Shown here in pieces: positions 1-12,818 of a DNA stretch of 64,000 nucleotides. Numbering within the stretch: the first letter of the stretch is position 1; the number at the start of each line of letters is the position of its first letter. A program made the translations under genes and the position numbers. The notes under the pieces were generated by a model, which saw nothing but the letters and a program-made list of their open reading frames with translations, did not search any database and had not been told where the DNA came from. Source of the DNA: Octopus vulgaris (lineage: Eukaryota); NCBI GenBank assembly GCA_951406725.2, contig OX597830.1, positions 79,608,001 to 79,672,000 on the forward strand, written 5' to 3'.

Positions 1-570
1 TCACATCTGTATTAGAAAAGGTTTTTCAAAACTTATATTGGTCAGAAATTGAATATAAATGGTTATATGCTAAATCATTTCAAATTCACTGATGATATTG
101 TATTCGTTTCCAGAAGCATTAAAGTAACAACAGAAATGCTGAGAAATCCTCAGAAGAAAGCAAAAAACGTGGACTCAGAATTAATATTAGTAAAACGAAG
201 ATCATCTCTAACCATCTAATCACAGCTGAAGTGTAGTAATAGATGATGAAATAGTAAGACATGTGAATCAATAAACTTATGTTGGACAAATACTGATAAA
301 CATTTTTAAATATTGAACAATTGGGATGAGCGTCCTTTGGTAAATTGAATCACATCGTGAGTAGTAACGTGTCCATGTGTGTAAAAAAAGATCTTCAACT
401 AGTGTGTGCTACTGGGCTAACCACAAGAACATTGGAAATAAATTTATATCAACACAAAGACCCATGGAAAGGAGAATGCTGAAGGCTAACAATATGGATA
501 AGTGAACAAACAATAGGATAAGAGCTACAACAGGATTAACGGGTATCATCTGGAAAATAAAAACTCTGAA
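1..570 (+). mobile_element. Degenerate RTE-clade LINE RT 3' fragment
   Basis: Broken frames give FTDDIV, G-L-IN-SKTK, FGKL and TQRPMERRML-like motifs typical of the RTE RT C-terminus; many stops. Confidence 0.5.
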
Positions 571-1069
571 ACGCCTGTTGTACTCTTTCGCTCCAACTTT
601 CTCTCACTCTTTCTTCCTGTTTCTTGTCCCCGACTTCCTACGCAACCGCTGAGCCTGGATGCACATTCATCCATCCGTCGATGCTCTCGGTGTCGGGAGT
701 TGACCTGCTTTTTCTTCTGCGGGTCTTACGAATAGCAAAGGACTACGTTTCGGACTTCTCCCACTACAGGACGAAGACCGCTTCGCTCAACAAACAAACA
801 AAGAAACAGCAGCAGCACAAGCGGCAGAAACAACAATAATAGTAACTATATCAACAACAACAACATCAGCAGCATGAACAAGATTGATAATAACAACAGT
901 AACATAAACAACCACATTGAAAACAACAGCAATAACAAAAAGACCAATACATCTGCCAATGGCAACTGTGTAAAAAAACAACAGCAACAACAATAACATA
1001 AGGTCTCACAACAACGCTTTATCTTTTTTGGGAGCAGTAATCTAGTGGACCGTCCATTCGGTTGAAGAT

Positions 1070-2060
1070 TTGAAAAATAAAGCACAGCAATAACAAAGTG
1101 ACATTTCGCAACCAGTGAGGATGAAAAAGAAAACCTACCGAGCGACAAAGAATTGTCTGCCAATATGTTTCTCGCAAAGAGAGGAAACTTAAATTTCCTA
1201 CTCCAGAGAGACCGAAAGACGCCTGCAAGAACTGTGCCTCCACCCCCAATACTACACATATGCAACAGTATGCACTACGGGACGTTAGCTGTTATATGTA
1301 GCACTGAGCAAGAAGCCAGAAAAATGGTTACTATAGCCTGCACGTTCCAAGCTTTTGTGATGATTCCTGTTACATGAATAAATGGTTGACTCGTATTCGA
1401 GTCAAGAACCGATTCACCGTGATCCGGCGAGAGATTTAGGAGGAGCATGGGGAGATGGTGAAGGTGAAGTGCACCTTACAACTCAATAGATATGGAAATC
1501 TGATGCAATTCCAGATATTAGTTTCTTCATAGGAAATAAATCTTACTCATGATTTTTCTGTGCCGGGAAATGCGAACAGATGCCCGTTTATATAGAAGCG
1601 AAAGAAATGAAGTGTTCTAGGTGTGTGTATACGAACCACCTCAAAGCCTTTTGCCCCGTAGAGGAATAAGCACGAATATCTCCGCTGTTATTACCAACTC
1701 TTCAAGGTATGAACAAAGCTATTATCTCACATATGACTCCTTCGTCCTACTAAGTCCTCTTAAAAGCAAAGACTTCATTGACATCGCACCAAAAAGTCTT
1801 TGTCGTAGATAAGAGAAAAAAAAACTGAATCTGAAGCAAACGGAGACCAGTCCAAATTGAAGGCCCTAAGACATGACTGTAAACAACAAAATCCGTCACA
1901 ACACTGATTAAAAAACAAATCAACGCCAACATCAACACCTTCATCACAAGGAAACCAATTTTTAAAACACGTTCACAACCGCAAAAAAAACACGAAAACA
2001 AAAAAACAACAACTGACAAATTGACCAACAGTCACACGCTCAGATACGTACGCCCTTCAT
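1070..2060 (+). mobile_element. Degenerate gag-like/ORF1 (CCHC zinc knuckle) retroelement fragment
   Basis: 1613-1654 translates CSRCVYTNHLKAFC (C-x2-C-x4-H-x4-C); the upstream YGTLAVIC resembles YGKVNVIF in the 48.4-50 kb element. Confidence 0.5.
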
Positions 2061-2129
2061 CAACGTCACTGTTGTTCAGAAGAGCAACACTAAATTTATT
2101 GTTGAAGAATTAATTGATGACATTAAACA

Positions 2130-2460
2130 AGTAATTGAAGAAGTAATTGATTTTGTATTCGTGTTGTGACAATTTCGGGCTTTTGCTAACGATGTGCCAT
2201 ACTGATTCACCCCACTCACCACACATTCTACGTTTCTCACTGTCGATGGTGCTGTCTATTCTGCACTTCACATACTTGGTCCTTAACGCATGTTCTTGAG
2301 CTGCAAACATGAGTGCTTCTGTCTCTATTTTCAGGTCAATCCTCCTCATCCACAGCCACCGGTCCTCTGTATCTGTCTTGGCGTTCATATCTCTGGAAAC
2401 TGACCGTACAGTTTTTCATTCCATGCTTTTTCTTATTCATTTCTTCTTTAAATTTTTCTT
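2130..2460 (-). mobile_element. R4/NeSL-like (restriction-like endonuclease) non-LTR retrotransposon fragment
   Basis: ORF 2110..2388: WLWM..DLKIETEALMFAAQE.ALRT.Y..RMC..ESVWHIVS is the CCHC-region motif of R4/Dong-type elements. Confidence 0.65.
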
Positions 2461-2501
2461 TCGTTACACGATTTTCAGTTTTGATGACACCACCCTCCTA
2501 C

Positions 2502-2553
<52 letters not shown>

Positions 2554-2557
2554 GACA

Positions 2558-2745
2558 TCGAGCTGACTGCATAGCGGCATTTGGTCCGTATTTATGTTCT
2601 GATTTCAAATTTTGCCGGGGTCGACTTTGCCTTTCATTGTTTCGGGGTGGATTAATTAAATACCAGTGAAACACTGGGCTTGATGTAACAGGCTAGTCCC
2701 TTCCCTCAAGATGTCAGGCCTTGTGCCTATTGTGGAAAGGATTGT
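2558..2745 (+). mobile_element. SINE fragment
   Basis: gtcgactttgcctttcat...taccagtgaaacactgg...ccttgtgccta motif shared with 37640-37825 and 60680-60785. Confidence 0.55.
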
Positions 2746-2789
2746 TATTACTTTTATTATTGCTATTATTATTATCATCTTCTTTCAAT

Positions 2790-3737
2790 TCTGTTTCCAT
2801 TTCTTGCCGAGTTTCTTCCTGATTCTCAGAGCAGAGAAACGCACTGTATACATTGGTAGGCTATTAAAATAATGACACTGTTTGTCAAGTCACAACAAGG
2901 ACCTCAGACAGAAAGTACTTTACGCAATATACATCCATTTCCAAGTAATGCCAACTTTTGCAATACACTGAGATTGTTGGGTATTTAAATTTTTTTCAGA
3001 TATTTTTTGACAACAGGAGTAACCTTTATGTTTGACTCTCATAGCTGCCACATCTTAGCGATATCAATTCTCAGGTCTCCATATTTATCAACTTTTTCTC
3101 TTTTTTTTCATGATGATGTGTTGATCTCTTGGCACTGCTACGTCGATTATTAAGCACTCTTGTTTGTCCTTCCTATATCCGGCCTTCAGTGCTGTAACAC
3201 CTTGTCTGTCTGCAAATCAAAGTTCCCCTTATCGTCCATTACCTTTTCTGGTGTATGTTGGCACCAAGCACCCGTAGCCTCATATCCTTACTTATGACAT
3301 AGTAGCCAGTGGAGGCTATTTTGTTTGTTCCTTTTTCGAGCCATGCCTGGCTCATAAGGGCCGGTTTCCCGGTTTCCTTGTTGTATAGGTTCCCCACCTG
3401 GACAGGACGCCGGTCCATCGCAGATGAGTTGCAATATGCAGGAGGTAAGAGCGAGAGAATGTTGTGGCGAAAGAGTCAGCAGAGGTTCGTCATTACCTTC
3501 TGCCGGAGTCGCGTGGAGCTTAGGTGTTTTGCTCATAAACACACACATCGCCCGGTCTGAGATTCGAACCTTCGATCCCTCGACCGCAAGTCCGCTGTTC
3601 TAACCACTAGGTCATGTGCTCCAGCAGTGGAGGCTATGGGCTACTTTGTCATATCTATGCTTGTACTCTTTCTGTGCAAGACTTTCACAAGCACTAACAA
3701 TGTGAGTCACACTTTGACACATTCTCTTCCCACATAT
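2790..3737 (-). mobile_element. R4/NeSL-like LINE 3' remnant interrupted by a SINE
   Basis: Minus strand gives IC..ECVK..THIVSACESLAQKEY (CCHC region) followed by a degenerate endonuclease region; split by the 3320-3624 insertion. Confidence 0.5.
3320..3624 (-). mobile_element. tRNA-derived SINE with 13-bp target-site duplication
   Basis: Minus-strand head GGAGCACATGACCTAGTGGTTAG...GGTTCGAATC (A/B boxes); flanked by direct repeat cagtggaggctat at 3307-3319 and 3625-3637. Confidence 0.85.
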
Positions 3738-3743
3738 TCAGCA

Positions 3744-3791
<48 letters not shown>

Positions 3792-3805
3792 ATAAAACTT
3801 TATAC

Positions 3806-3983
3806 CTGTGGTTCTTGCTGCTTTGTTTAAACCACGCCCAACAGCTTCATCATGTGGGTTCAACTGAATGTCTTCTCTTCCCCCAATTACAGAAATAAGC
3901 AAACTTGGTAAACGAATATTCCATGCAGATCTTACCAAATACATCATAATCTCCATAGGGGTTTGGTGATCCACACGAACAAA
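3806..3983 (-). CDS. TRPM: TRPM-family channel exon (MHR1)
   Basis: ag|FVRVDHQTPMEIMMYLVRSAWNIRLPSLLISVIGGREDIQLNPHDEAVGRGLNKAARTT G|gt matches the TRPM YVR..W.L..P.LLISVTGG..GL.KAA.TTG motif; 178 nt, phase 0 to 1. Confidence 0.92.
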
Positions 3984-4270
3984 CTATATGTAGAAAAAAA
4001 GAAACATTGTATTAATGTAACCTAATGTTTAATAAAATGGAAAAAAAAATTCAGTTACTGATAATTTGGTGAATAAATTTATTGTGCAGAGTTATTGCTT
4101 GTATCCATAATATAGAGAACTAACAATAAATATTTGAAAAGTTAGGGTTTCTCCTGTCACAGATGAAATCAAGAAAATTCAAGCAACAATTTCAATGAAT
4201 ATTATCCACAGATGTTATTGTAATAATTACTTATTATAATATGTTTAATATCTTATGTTAAATATCTTCT

Positions 4271-4478
4271 ATACTCTTACTCTTTTACTTGTTTCAGTCA
4301 TTTGACTGCGGCCATGCTGGAGCACCGCCTTTAGTCGAGCAAATCGACCCCGGGACTTATTCTTTGTAATCCCAGTACCTATTCTATCGGTCTCTTTTTG
4401 CCGAACCGCTAAGTGACGGGGACGTAAACACACCAGCATCGGTTGTCAAGCAATGCTAGGGGGACAAACACAGGCACA

Positions 4479-4569
<91 letters not shown>

Positions 4570-4732
4570 GACAGGCTTCTTTCAGTTTCCGTCTACCAAA
4601 TCCACTCACATGGCATTGGTCGGCCCGGGGCTATAGCAGAAGACATTTGCCCAAGGTGCCACGCAGTGGGACTGAACCCGGAACCAAGTGGTTGGTAAGC
4701 AAGCTACTTACCACACAGCCACTCCTACGCCT
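4271..4732 (-). mobile_element. tRNA-derived SINE with internal (CA)n(TA)n and CR1-like 3' tail
   Basis: Head AGGCGTAGGAGTGGCTGTGTGGTAAG...GGTTCAGTCCC; tail GCGGTGCTCCAGCATGGCCGCAGTCAAATGACTGAAACAAG; partial copy near 36000-36270. Confidence 0.85.
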
Positions 4733-6199
4733 ATATTGCAACACTTTTGAATTTTTCTATCATACATAGAGTTTAGCCATAAATATAAAACTTAGAATTA
4801 GTGATTTCTTTAAACAATTCTTTACAAGAAAATATTATGTTATCTCTCTCCTGTTTTGTAATACTTTTTTCAATCATTCCGTCACAACAGAGTAAATTTC
4901 GAATATCAATGTCATATGCAGCTAGAATTAGTAAAATTCACTCCAGTTTAATATAATTCATAACATCACAAGAGTAAAATAGACTATTACCCAAGTTGTA
5001 CGCATGCAAGCGTGTGTGCATGCGTGCGTATGTGTACGCACGCACATCAGTACATACACACATATATTCATACACAGACACATAATTCATACATACATAC
5101 ATACATACGTACATACAAACATACATACATACATATATACACACACACATTATGGCATCGAATACTAAAATCGCAGCTTACATCGAGTTCAAGCAGAACT
5201 TCACGTCTTATATACATAAGGTACTGCAAGGGATAACAATACCGACAAGAGTTTGGAAAAGCACCACTGACATGAGGTAATCTACGAGTGACGAATTTGT
5301 AAGAGAACAAGTAACTCAAATTCAAGCTCCTTGCTTTTGGACAAAAAAATATCCTGCTATATGTTGCCGCAGTAACTTTGTTTCCACATATGGCTGATCC
5401 AAAGAGACTGATCCAAAGGATAATGATAATCCAAAATGGATTAACTCACCGCACCCCAATAACATAATGGAGATAGAAAAAATAGAACAGTTGGATTTTA
5501 TTATGAAATCCAAAGCTAAAAATGACTTCACAAATCACTAGCTACAACAGCATGATAGATTCTCCAAATGGTATGAGAATTGTCATCGAGAAACACTCAC
5601 AAGCCAACTGGTCACCCTCAAACACGATTTACGAGCAGTAAATGAACAACGCTGCTATTGTAAAAAATTGCACACAATTTTCCCGAAACCCACAAACTCT
5701 ATATCGCAGTATGATCAGTGATATTATTGTAGTGGACTTCATTTAGGCATAGAGTAGATTCGAACCTGAATCGACAAATTTCCTTTCACATTTCAACAGC
5801 ACTTTTGTCATAAAGAGACATTAAGTTGACAGCAATAAAATGAACACATGGCTTTTGCTAAGTTGAATTATGTCTTTGCCACTTGACTCTTCTAACCTTT
5901 TGTATGCGATGGGGAGTTGAATTGAGATAACAGTCAACCCCTCAAGGTATATCCATTGTCTTTGCAGCATAGCTATCTTTCTAACTAGTTTTGTATAGTT
6001 ATAAATACTAGAATTTGCTAAGGAAATATCAGTTAGTGAACGGAGGCAACTTGAGATGGCCACCGGCAGACAGCCACTTGAGACAAATGGTCCAGAGGAG
6101 AAAGAAAACAATATGAGACATACAACTTCCCACTACTCTCTGACATTCACTATCTCAATTTTGTTTTCTACAACATTACCCTATCTCTATCCTTTTACT

Positions 6200-6900
6200 A
6201 CTACATAATGACGAGATCAAAAACACACCTATACAAGAAGAAATTAACTGATGGTTATTATGTAACTGCCGAAAGGAAAACCATCTGGGAGAGACCTGGT
6301 AACATGCTACAGGTACAGAAATCTCACATTCTTCAGAGAAATTCTCATGGCCTTGCTGCAAAAAAGAACGAATGCAGAGCTAGATATACCAGATTGGCTG
6401 ACGTTCGCACGGAATACGACTGCCCGCAAGAACGAAGAGTCCAATGTGACCAAAAACTATAGGCTTGAACTTTACGCAGGTTGCCTGAATAAATCTCCCC
6501 AGGACCATTGTCAAACAAATGGTGTGATAACTCACGAAGTGGCAGGGGAAAGAAAGGGGTTTGCAGCTGTACTGGACAGGGCCTCTTTAACAAAGATGCC
6601 CTGAAAGAAGTTAAGCAACATCGTTGTAACATCTTAACAATATGGCTAGACTGCAAGAAGGTGTTTGAATCGGTGCTCACTCATGGATGACCACAACGTG
6701 GTCTACACAGTTATCACTGACAACTATGAATGCAACACCTATTGGTACAAACAGGATTAAGCTATCAACAGGCACATTCCAGGGCGATATTCTATCGGTA
6801 ATTTTGTCTATATTGGCAGTGAACACTTTGTCGTTCCTGTTAACAAGATGCCAAGGCAACATGGCTGGACAGACGGAGAAAATAAGGCATTTTACCACAG
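6200..6900 (+). mobile_element. Degenerate R4/NeSL-type RT fragment
   Basis: WLDCKKVFESVLTH and GTFQGDILS correspond to RT motifs DYKKAFDSVPH and GIFQGDSLS; frameshifted. Confidence 0.6.
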
Positions 6901-7789
6901 TGCAGAAAGGAAATGAAGAATGGAGTCCTCCCACTAGTGTGTTAGGGTCCAACCGATAAAGAATAAAGTCTAACCATTGCTAGATTTTTGGGAGTTGAAT
7001 GAGCACGTATAATGCTTTTAGGGCGGTGAAATTTTGCGGGACAGGGGCTGACAAAAGTAACGACTACGATCGTCGATGTTAAGTCGGTATATCTACAGCT
7101 CTGAGAAATAGTGGTGGTACTATCTGGTGAGGTACAAGAACAGAATATATTTCCTGATCCGACTGGCATTCGGTTTCAGTGCAGAACCAAAAATCATGGC
7201 GAAGGTTCTTAGGACGATCTTGATGACCAAGGTAGCACAGGCTACGAGTTCCTACACATATCGCATTCTGGATAGATTAGTATGTGCAGTTGGTAGAGTA
7301 AATTGTGGGTCATTTGAGGTGGTGTGAGTTGACTGCAAACCACCGAGGCTATAGGAGGCATTGCGCTGAGGCTCAAACACGAAAGAGGTAAGGTGGGCAG
7401 ACCCGTATTTTAGAGAGGAAATGGGATTTGAGATCTGAGCGAGCACATGAGTAGGTTAGAACTGCTCTCAATATGCGGAAAACTGGTAGAGCACTATCAT
7501 ATAACAGGATGGCTCCAAAGTGCATGAAGCTGCATCAAGAGGCGATCTGAGGAAGTGAAGCTGAAAGAATGAGTTAGAAGAGAGTTGCCATGATGCAAGA
7601 CGTCTTGGAGAGAGTGAAAACAGGGGATCCAATGAAGGGCACCTCTTCGTCCCAATATTTTGTCATCTCTTTCGGATTCAAAATTCTGAAATCAGCTTTC
7701 ACTACTTAGTTCTACGTTATCTTTTCCACAAGAGCCAACCATTTACAATGATCAGCATGTCGTTATACAGCTAGCCTCTTTCATAACCA

Positions 7790-8930
7790 TCATATGGTCA
7801 TATAAACATAGTCTTCTCCCTCGAACGCATATGATTCCTCTTGTGCCTAACTTTTCTCTTAAATACATTTGTACTTTGTTGTTCATATACACAGATTTTT
7901 CACATCCAACGGAGTACGTAGGTTTTCACATGTCCACTGCATTTAGAGCCCACATCTTATTACTATGTAGCACTGTTGTTTGTATATAGCCATCATACAA
8001 TCAGTTTTTCATTCTGATAGGGAAGCATTTTGTTACCAACAGAAGGAAAAACCTCTTGAAATTTCTCCAGCCTGTTTTTATTTTAGTAGCTATAACTTCA
8101 GAACAACCTTCTCCACTGATGGGTAATAGAAACTATCTTTTTTGTTTAGGGATCTTCCTGAGCATTTCAGAAAATCTATTTCCTATGCACATATAGAATT
8201 TCTTTGCTAGTGTGCATCAACTGCATATGGAGTCTACTTTCTCTGTTAAACTGTCTGTGATACTACGGCAACTCTTGTGTTTCTATAGTTTGCACTAAGT
8301 ATACCGCATGGAATTTCTAATAGTATCTCTGTATAGGGTTTGTGTGGCTGTCATAAGCTATTCTTCTGCTGCTAGCTTCTTCTTTGACCTCACCTTTTCA
8401 GAGTAAGGAACTCTGTGAAACGTTTTCTGCAGATCAATGAATGCTAAGTAGAGCAGCTTACTCTTACCCAAATACATCTGCAGTCACTTCCCCAAAACAT
8501 GGATTTTTTAATACTTATCTATTGCACAGAACCGAACTTTATCTCGTCTCGTCTTTTTCTGTAATTGCTTGAGCTGTAGTTGTTCCCATAACTTTTGTGT
8601 CCTTGTCCAGCAATTTGATACTCCTGTGATTACCTTTCTATAGCATTCCCTTTATGCATGTAACAATTGTTGTAATGCTGTAATGCCAGTCACTAGGTAT
8701 ACCACTTTCCTGTATAATCTGATTGACTATACAAGTAACTAAGCCCTATCCCACAGTGCCAAGTATTTTAAACCTTATAATAGTAATTGCTAATGGGATT
8801 TCTCCTGCTTTAATATTCTTCAGGGCCCTATCTATCATATTGCTACCAGCTAGAATGACTAGTCATTCTGCTGGAAAGATCTTTCTTCCATGTTATCTCC
8901 ACATATAGTAACCTTAAATGATAGCACTTT
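7790..8930 (-). mobile_element. Degenerate RTE-clade LINE RT
   Basis: Minus strand shows NHRSIKLLD and AFIDLQKTFHRVP-like RT motifs with many stops. Confidence 0.55.
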
Positions 8931-8967
8931 CAAGTTTTTTTTACCTCCCAGAATCACTTCTATCCAT

Positions 8968-9036
<69 letters not shown>

Positions 9037-9205
9037 AATATAGAAAATAACAGCCAACTATACAAAAAAAAAGAAACGATATGTAAAAATATTCACAAAA
9101 AGCATGTAAAATGTTGTTGCTATACAAATCCAAGGACAAAATATTCAGCTGATTATTGGATAATTTCTACAAACAACATCAATAAAAAGCAAGCAAAAAG
9201 AATAC

Positions 9206-9290
9206 CGTTGCATTTTCCTGATTATGTCCTGTAAACTTTATTTTACCAAATGCATTACAGGGTTTTGATGGCTCCTCATCTTTAGAATTT
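9206..9290 (-). CDS. TRPM: TRPM-family channel exon (PxxAFG motif)
   Basis: Polypyrimidine ag|A NSKDEEPSKPCNAFGKIKFTGHNQENAT|gt matches TRPM PTDAFG.I.FTG; 85 nt, phase 2 to 0, joins exon 3806-3983 in frame. Confidence 0.88.
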
Positions 9291-9869
9291 CTATCAAAGA
9301 CAAACAGAAACCAAATGAACTGTTGAAGTAAAGTTGTAATGGGGAAGGTAGAAGAGGAAAAATGACAAAATCAAGAGATAAAGAACAACTCCAATGAAAG
9401 ATACAAATATCACCGACATAGATACATAAATCCATACACGGAAATAAATAAATAAATTTTAATTTAGTTGAATCAAATAATGATTACTTTTAAATAAACT
9501 GAAAAGGAAAAATAAGAAATATGTTGCCGTCAAAATAAATTAAGGAAATGGGTTTCACCATTCCACATCTGAGGTATGATAAGGCCATATTCAGAGACTG
9601 GCACGAAGTCACTTACAAATACACACCAAATTCTGACCCATACTGTGCTGTGTCTTCTCTGCCTTTTCTACCGCTACTACAATAGCCTCTGCTGGATGGT
9701 CTCTGACCACCTTATCCAGGTATCACTGATACACACATCAACACCCTATCTCAACAGGAATACCCTCTCTCCGTTCTCCTCTACTAGAAATCTCATACCT
9801 ACAACCAATTCCGCATTCCATACCATCAATCGTCAAAATGACAGGACATAATACTGGCATTGTCATAAG

Positions 9870-11000
9870 ACTGTCTCCTGCAGTTTTCAAAATTTCTATT
9901 GGCTTACCCGAAAGAACATAACGCACAATAACTGAAAGCTGAGCAACATTCTGGTGTTGGATCTACAGAAACAGGGAAATACTTGGCAGTTTTAAAATCT
10001 GCAACAATATAATTCTTGATATGTTTTGCCATCAACAGAACAATTTCTTCGTAGATGGTAGGTAATAAGTACGACTGCTTACCACTTCCAGTATTGCCAA
10101 AGGTTTTCAAGTGACCCATAAGAAATGGATCAAATTGTTCTATAAGTTCCATAATTATCAGAAAATTTCTCAGCCAACTATCTCTTCACTACCTCTAAAT
10201 GCCAGACCTCTCTCAACTAGAAATATTGTCACAGTCACTACATGAAAGAATGCAATACTTCAGTCCAGTATTTCTTGTTTCCCTGGACTTGTTCTTCCAA
10301 CTCCTTGTTAACATGAGATGATCCCTGCATAAAAGATGGGGCTTGACTTTGTTCTTCTGTTTTCAGTTTCTCCTCTGCTTTTCTCACTTCAGTAAAGCCT
10401 TCCTTGTTGGAAAACCTGTCATGTTGACCTTGCAGGAGAGTGCAGTAAAAACAATAAACCTTACCCTCTGATGAGCTGTACAGGGGTCACATCTTTAAAA
10501 AAAATGCTCACCATTGTCATGAATGGTATAAAACATTAAATTTTTAAAACAATGATAGTGCCCAGCCAGTTTGCCTTCACTTGGTTTATAATGGTGTCGA
10601 GATACTGGGAAGGTGTCAGAGGTATTTTGATTTTAACATATGGCTGATTTTTGCCTGAAAGAACATGGACAAATACTTTTCTCTGACAGAAAATCATATG
10701 ACTGTGTCTGGATCCCATGATGCTCCTTTGCTATTCATGACAGTAGGACATGAGGATTCTTCACCTTGAATGTTTTGAGGTAATACGTTCTTCCTCTTTT
10801 CTGCAGATCTACTTAGGAATGCAGCTGGTTCTTCAAAAGGGACGTCTGATACTGTTTCTGCATTATTAGCCCCTAGGCTTTCTTTTTTCAAAGAAAATAA
10901 CAATTCTACATAGTGTTTTGTCTTTTCTAATACAACAGCATTTTTCTCATTTTGTTCTTTGTAAATTTTACTCGTCTGAGATCCAGTCAATTGAATTTTC
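9870..11000 (-). mobile_element. Degenerate hAT-like (ZMYM1/DUF4371-type) transposase
   Basis: ELIEQFDPFLMGHL...SYLLPTIYEEIV...AKYFPVSVDPTP motif; fragmented reading frame. Confidence 0.7.
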
Positions 11001-11579
11001 TGTGGCATTCTTAGATATTTTGTGTGTGAGTATAATATATATTCTGAATAGAAGCAAAAGAAAATAATTTTTAAAAAATGAATAAATAATGCTGGAACTG
11101 ATGGCAGCAATGTAGACATACTTCATTTAATCCTGCTGCAGGTATATTAAGCCAGTCACTTTATGCATATGTATTACTCCTGTGTCTTTTGCAGATAAAT
11201 AGAGCAGCTGCCAAAGTTAATAAAAGTTGAACAGAAAAATGTTCAAGGATTACAGATTAATGATTTCGTTTCCATAAAATTACTTTTCCTTCAAAATTAT
11301 GCTTCACTTCCATGAAAATGAAAAGGTGTCAGAATGACAGGTATAAGTCACTATCATCTCTGAAATTTTTGCAAAAAGTGGAAATAGTATCGTAATCAAC
11401 ATTAGACGAATTATATTTCTTTTTAAAAAACAAAACGAGAATAACATTAACAGCAAATTGTAGTACATCAAAAAAGTTAAAGACAGAAACATTTTTCAAT
11501 ATTCAGGTTAATTTTTTTTTTGTAGATTCCCCATTACTGTTGGATTTATTTTAATGAAACCACTGGCGGTGGAATATGA

Positions 11580-12208
11580 GCTATGACAACAGATGACTTG
11601 CGAACACTTGAAAGAAACGAAGCTAGAATGCTCCGCTGGATGTCAGAGTGTATATGATTTAAGAGGAAAACTATATGATTTAAGAGGCATCAGATGTTGT
11701 GAGCAAGAGAAGAGACTGCGCTGGTTTGGTCATGTGTTGCGTGTGGATGAGGACGGTTGCATAAAGAAGAGCTGATCCCTAATTGTGGAGAGAACTTGTG
11801 GATGGAATACACGGGGGAAGATGCGATGGGACGAAATGGTGAGAAAGTATCTTCAGACACTGGGCTACACTGAGGAAATATCAAGGGACCGGGAGCTGTG
11901 ATGATCTGCTGTACTTGAAAAGACGTACCACGCTAAGTAATATCCCGGTCATCCATATACACAGGCATGTGATTTACAGGTTCTAGTGCCATGTAAAATG
12001 AACCCGTGCCGGTGGCACGTAAAGTGCACCCAGCACACTCTGCAAAGTGGTTGGCGTTAGGAAGGGCATCCAGCCCTAGAAACCATGTAAAAACAGACAA
12101 TTGGAGTCTGGAGAGCTTCTTGGATGGCCAGCTCCTGTCACACCGTCAAACCCATAGCAGCAAGGTGGATGGACGTTAAACAGTGATGATGATGATGATG
12201 ATGATGAT

Positions 12209-12212
<4 letters not shown>
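11580..12212 (+). mobile_element. RTE LINE 3' end plus RTE-type tail ending in (GAT)n
   Basis: RLRWFGHVLRVDED RTE C-terminal motif; tail gttggcgttaggaagggcatccagc...ggacgttaaa(tga)n. Confidence 0.65.
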
Positions 12213-12239
<27 letters not shown>

Positions 12240-12763
12240 AGGAGGAGAATGTTTCTCTTTCATGCCCCTACATCAAAATTAAATCTTCACAGCAACACAT
12301 TTTCATTGCAAAAGATATCTTTCTCCAATAAAATGTCTTTTGCTTCAATGTTTGCCATCTTTTTCATTTCCAATTGGCTAAATACGCTGACTTTCTTTTA
12401 AATTTTCCATATATTTTCTTTCTATGATGTACATTTGCTGCGGAACACAAAGACCAGGATTTCTCATATTTTGGATTTCATGTTTTAATTACCGCTTTCG
12501 CCCTAACATCTTGGGAAAGAGGGGAAACTGGCATTTATAGAATTTTTAAGTAACAATAAAGCTAGACATTTTGATCTTCGTCTCAAACTTCCAAAATGCA
12601 TGTTCGATTTAACCTTTGGAGACTTCTTCATATTTAATATTATATAAGAAAACACTTCTAACAATATACGTTGTCGTGGTTATAACTCATCATCTATGAT
12701 GAACTCATTTCAGTTTCTTCACATAAAATTAGATCAAGTCCCCAGCCAGAAAAGTAAAATTTC

Positions 12764-12818
<55 letters not shown>

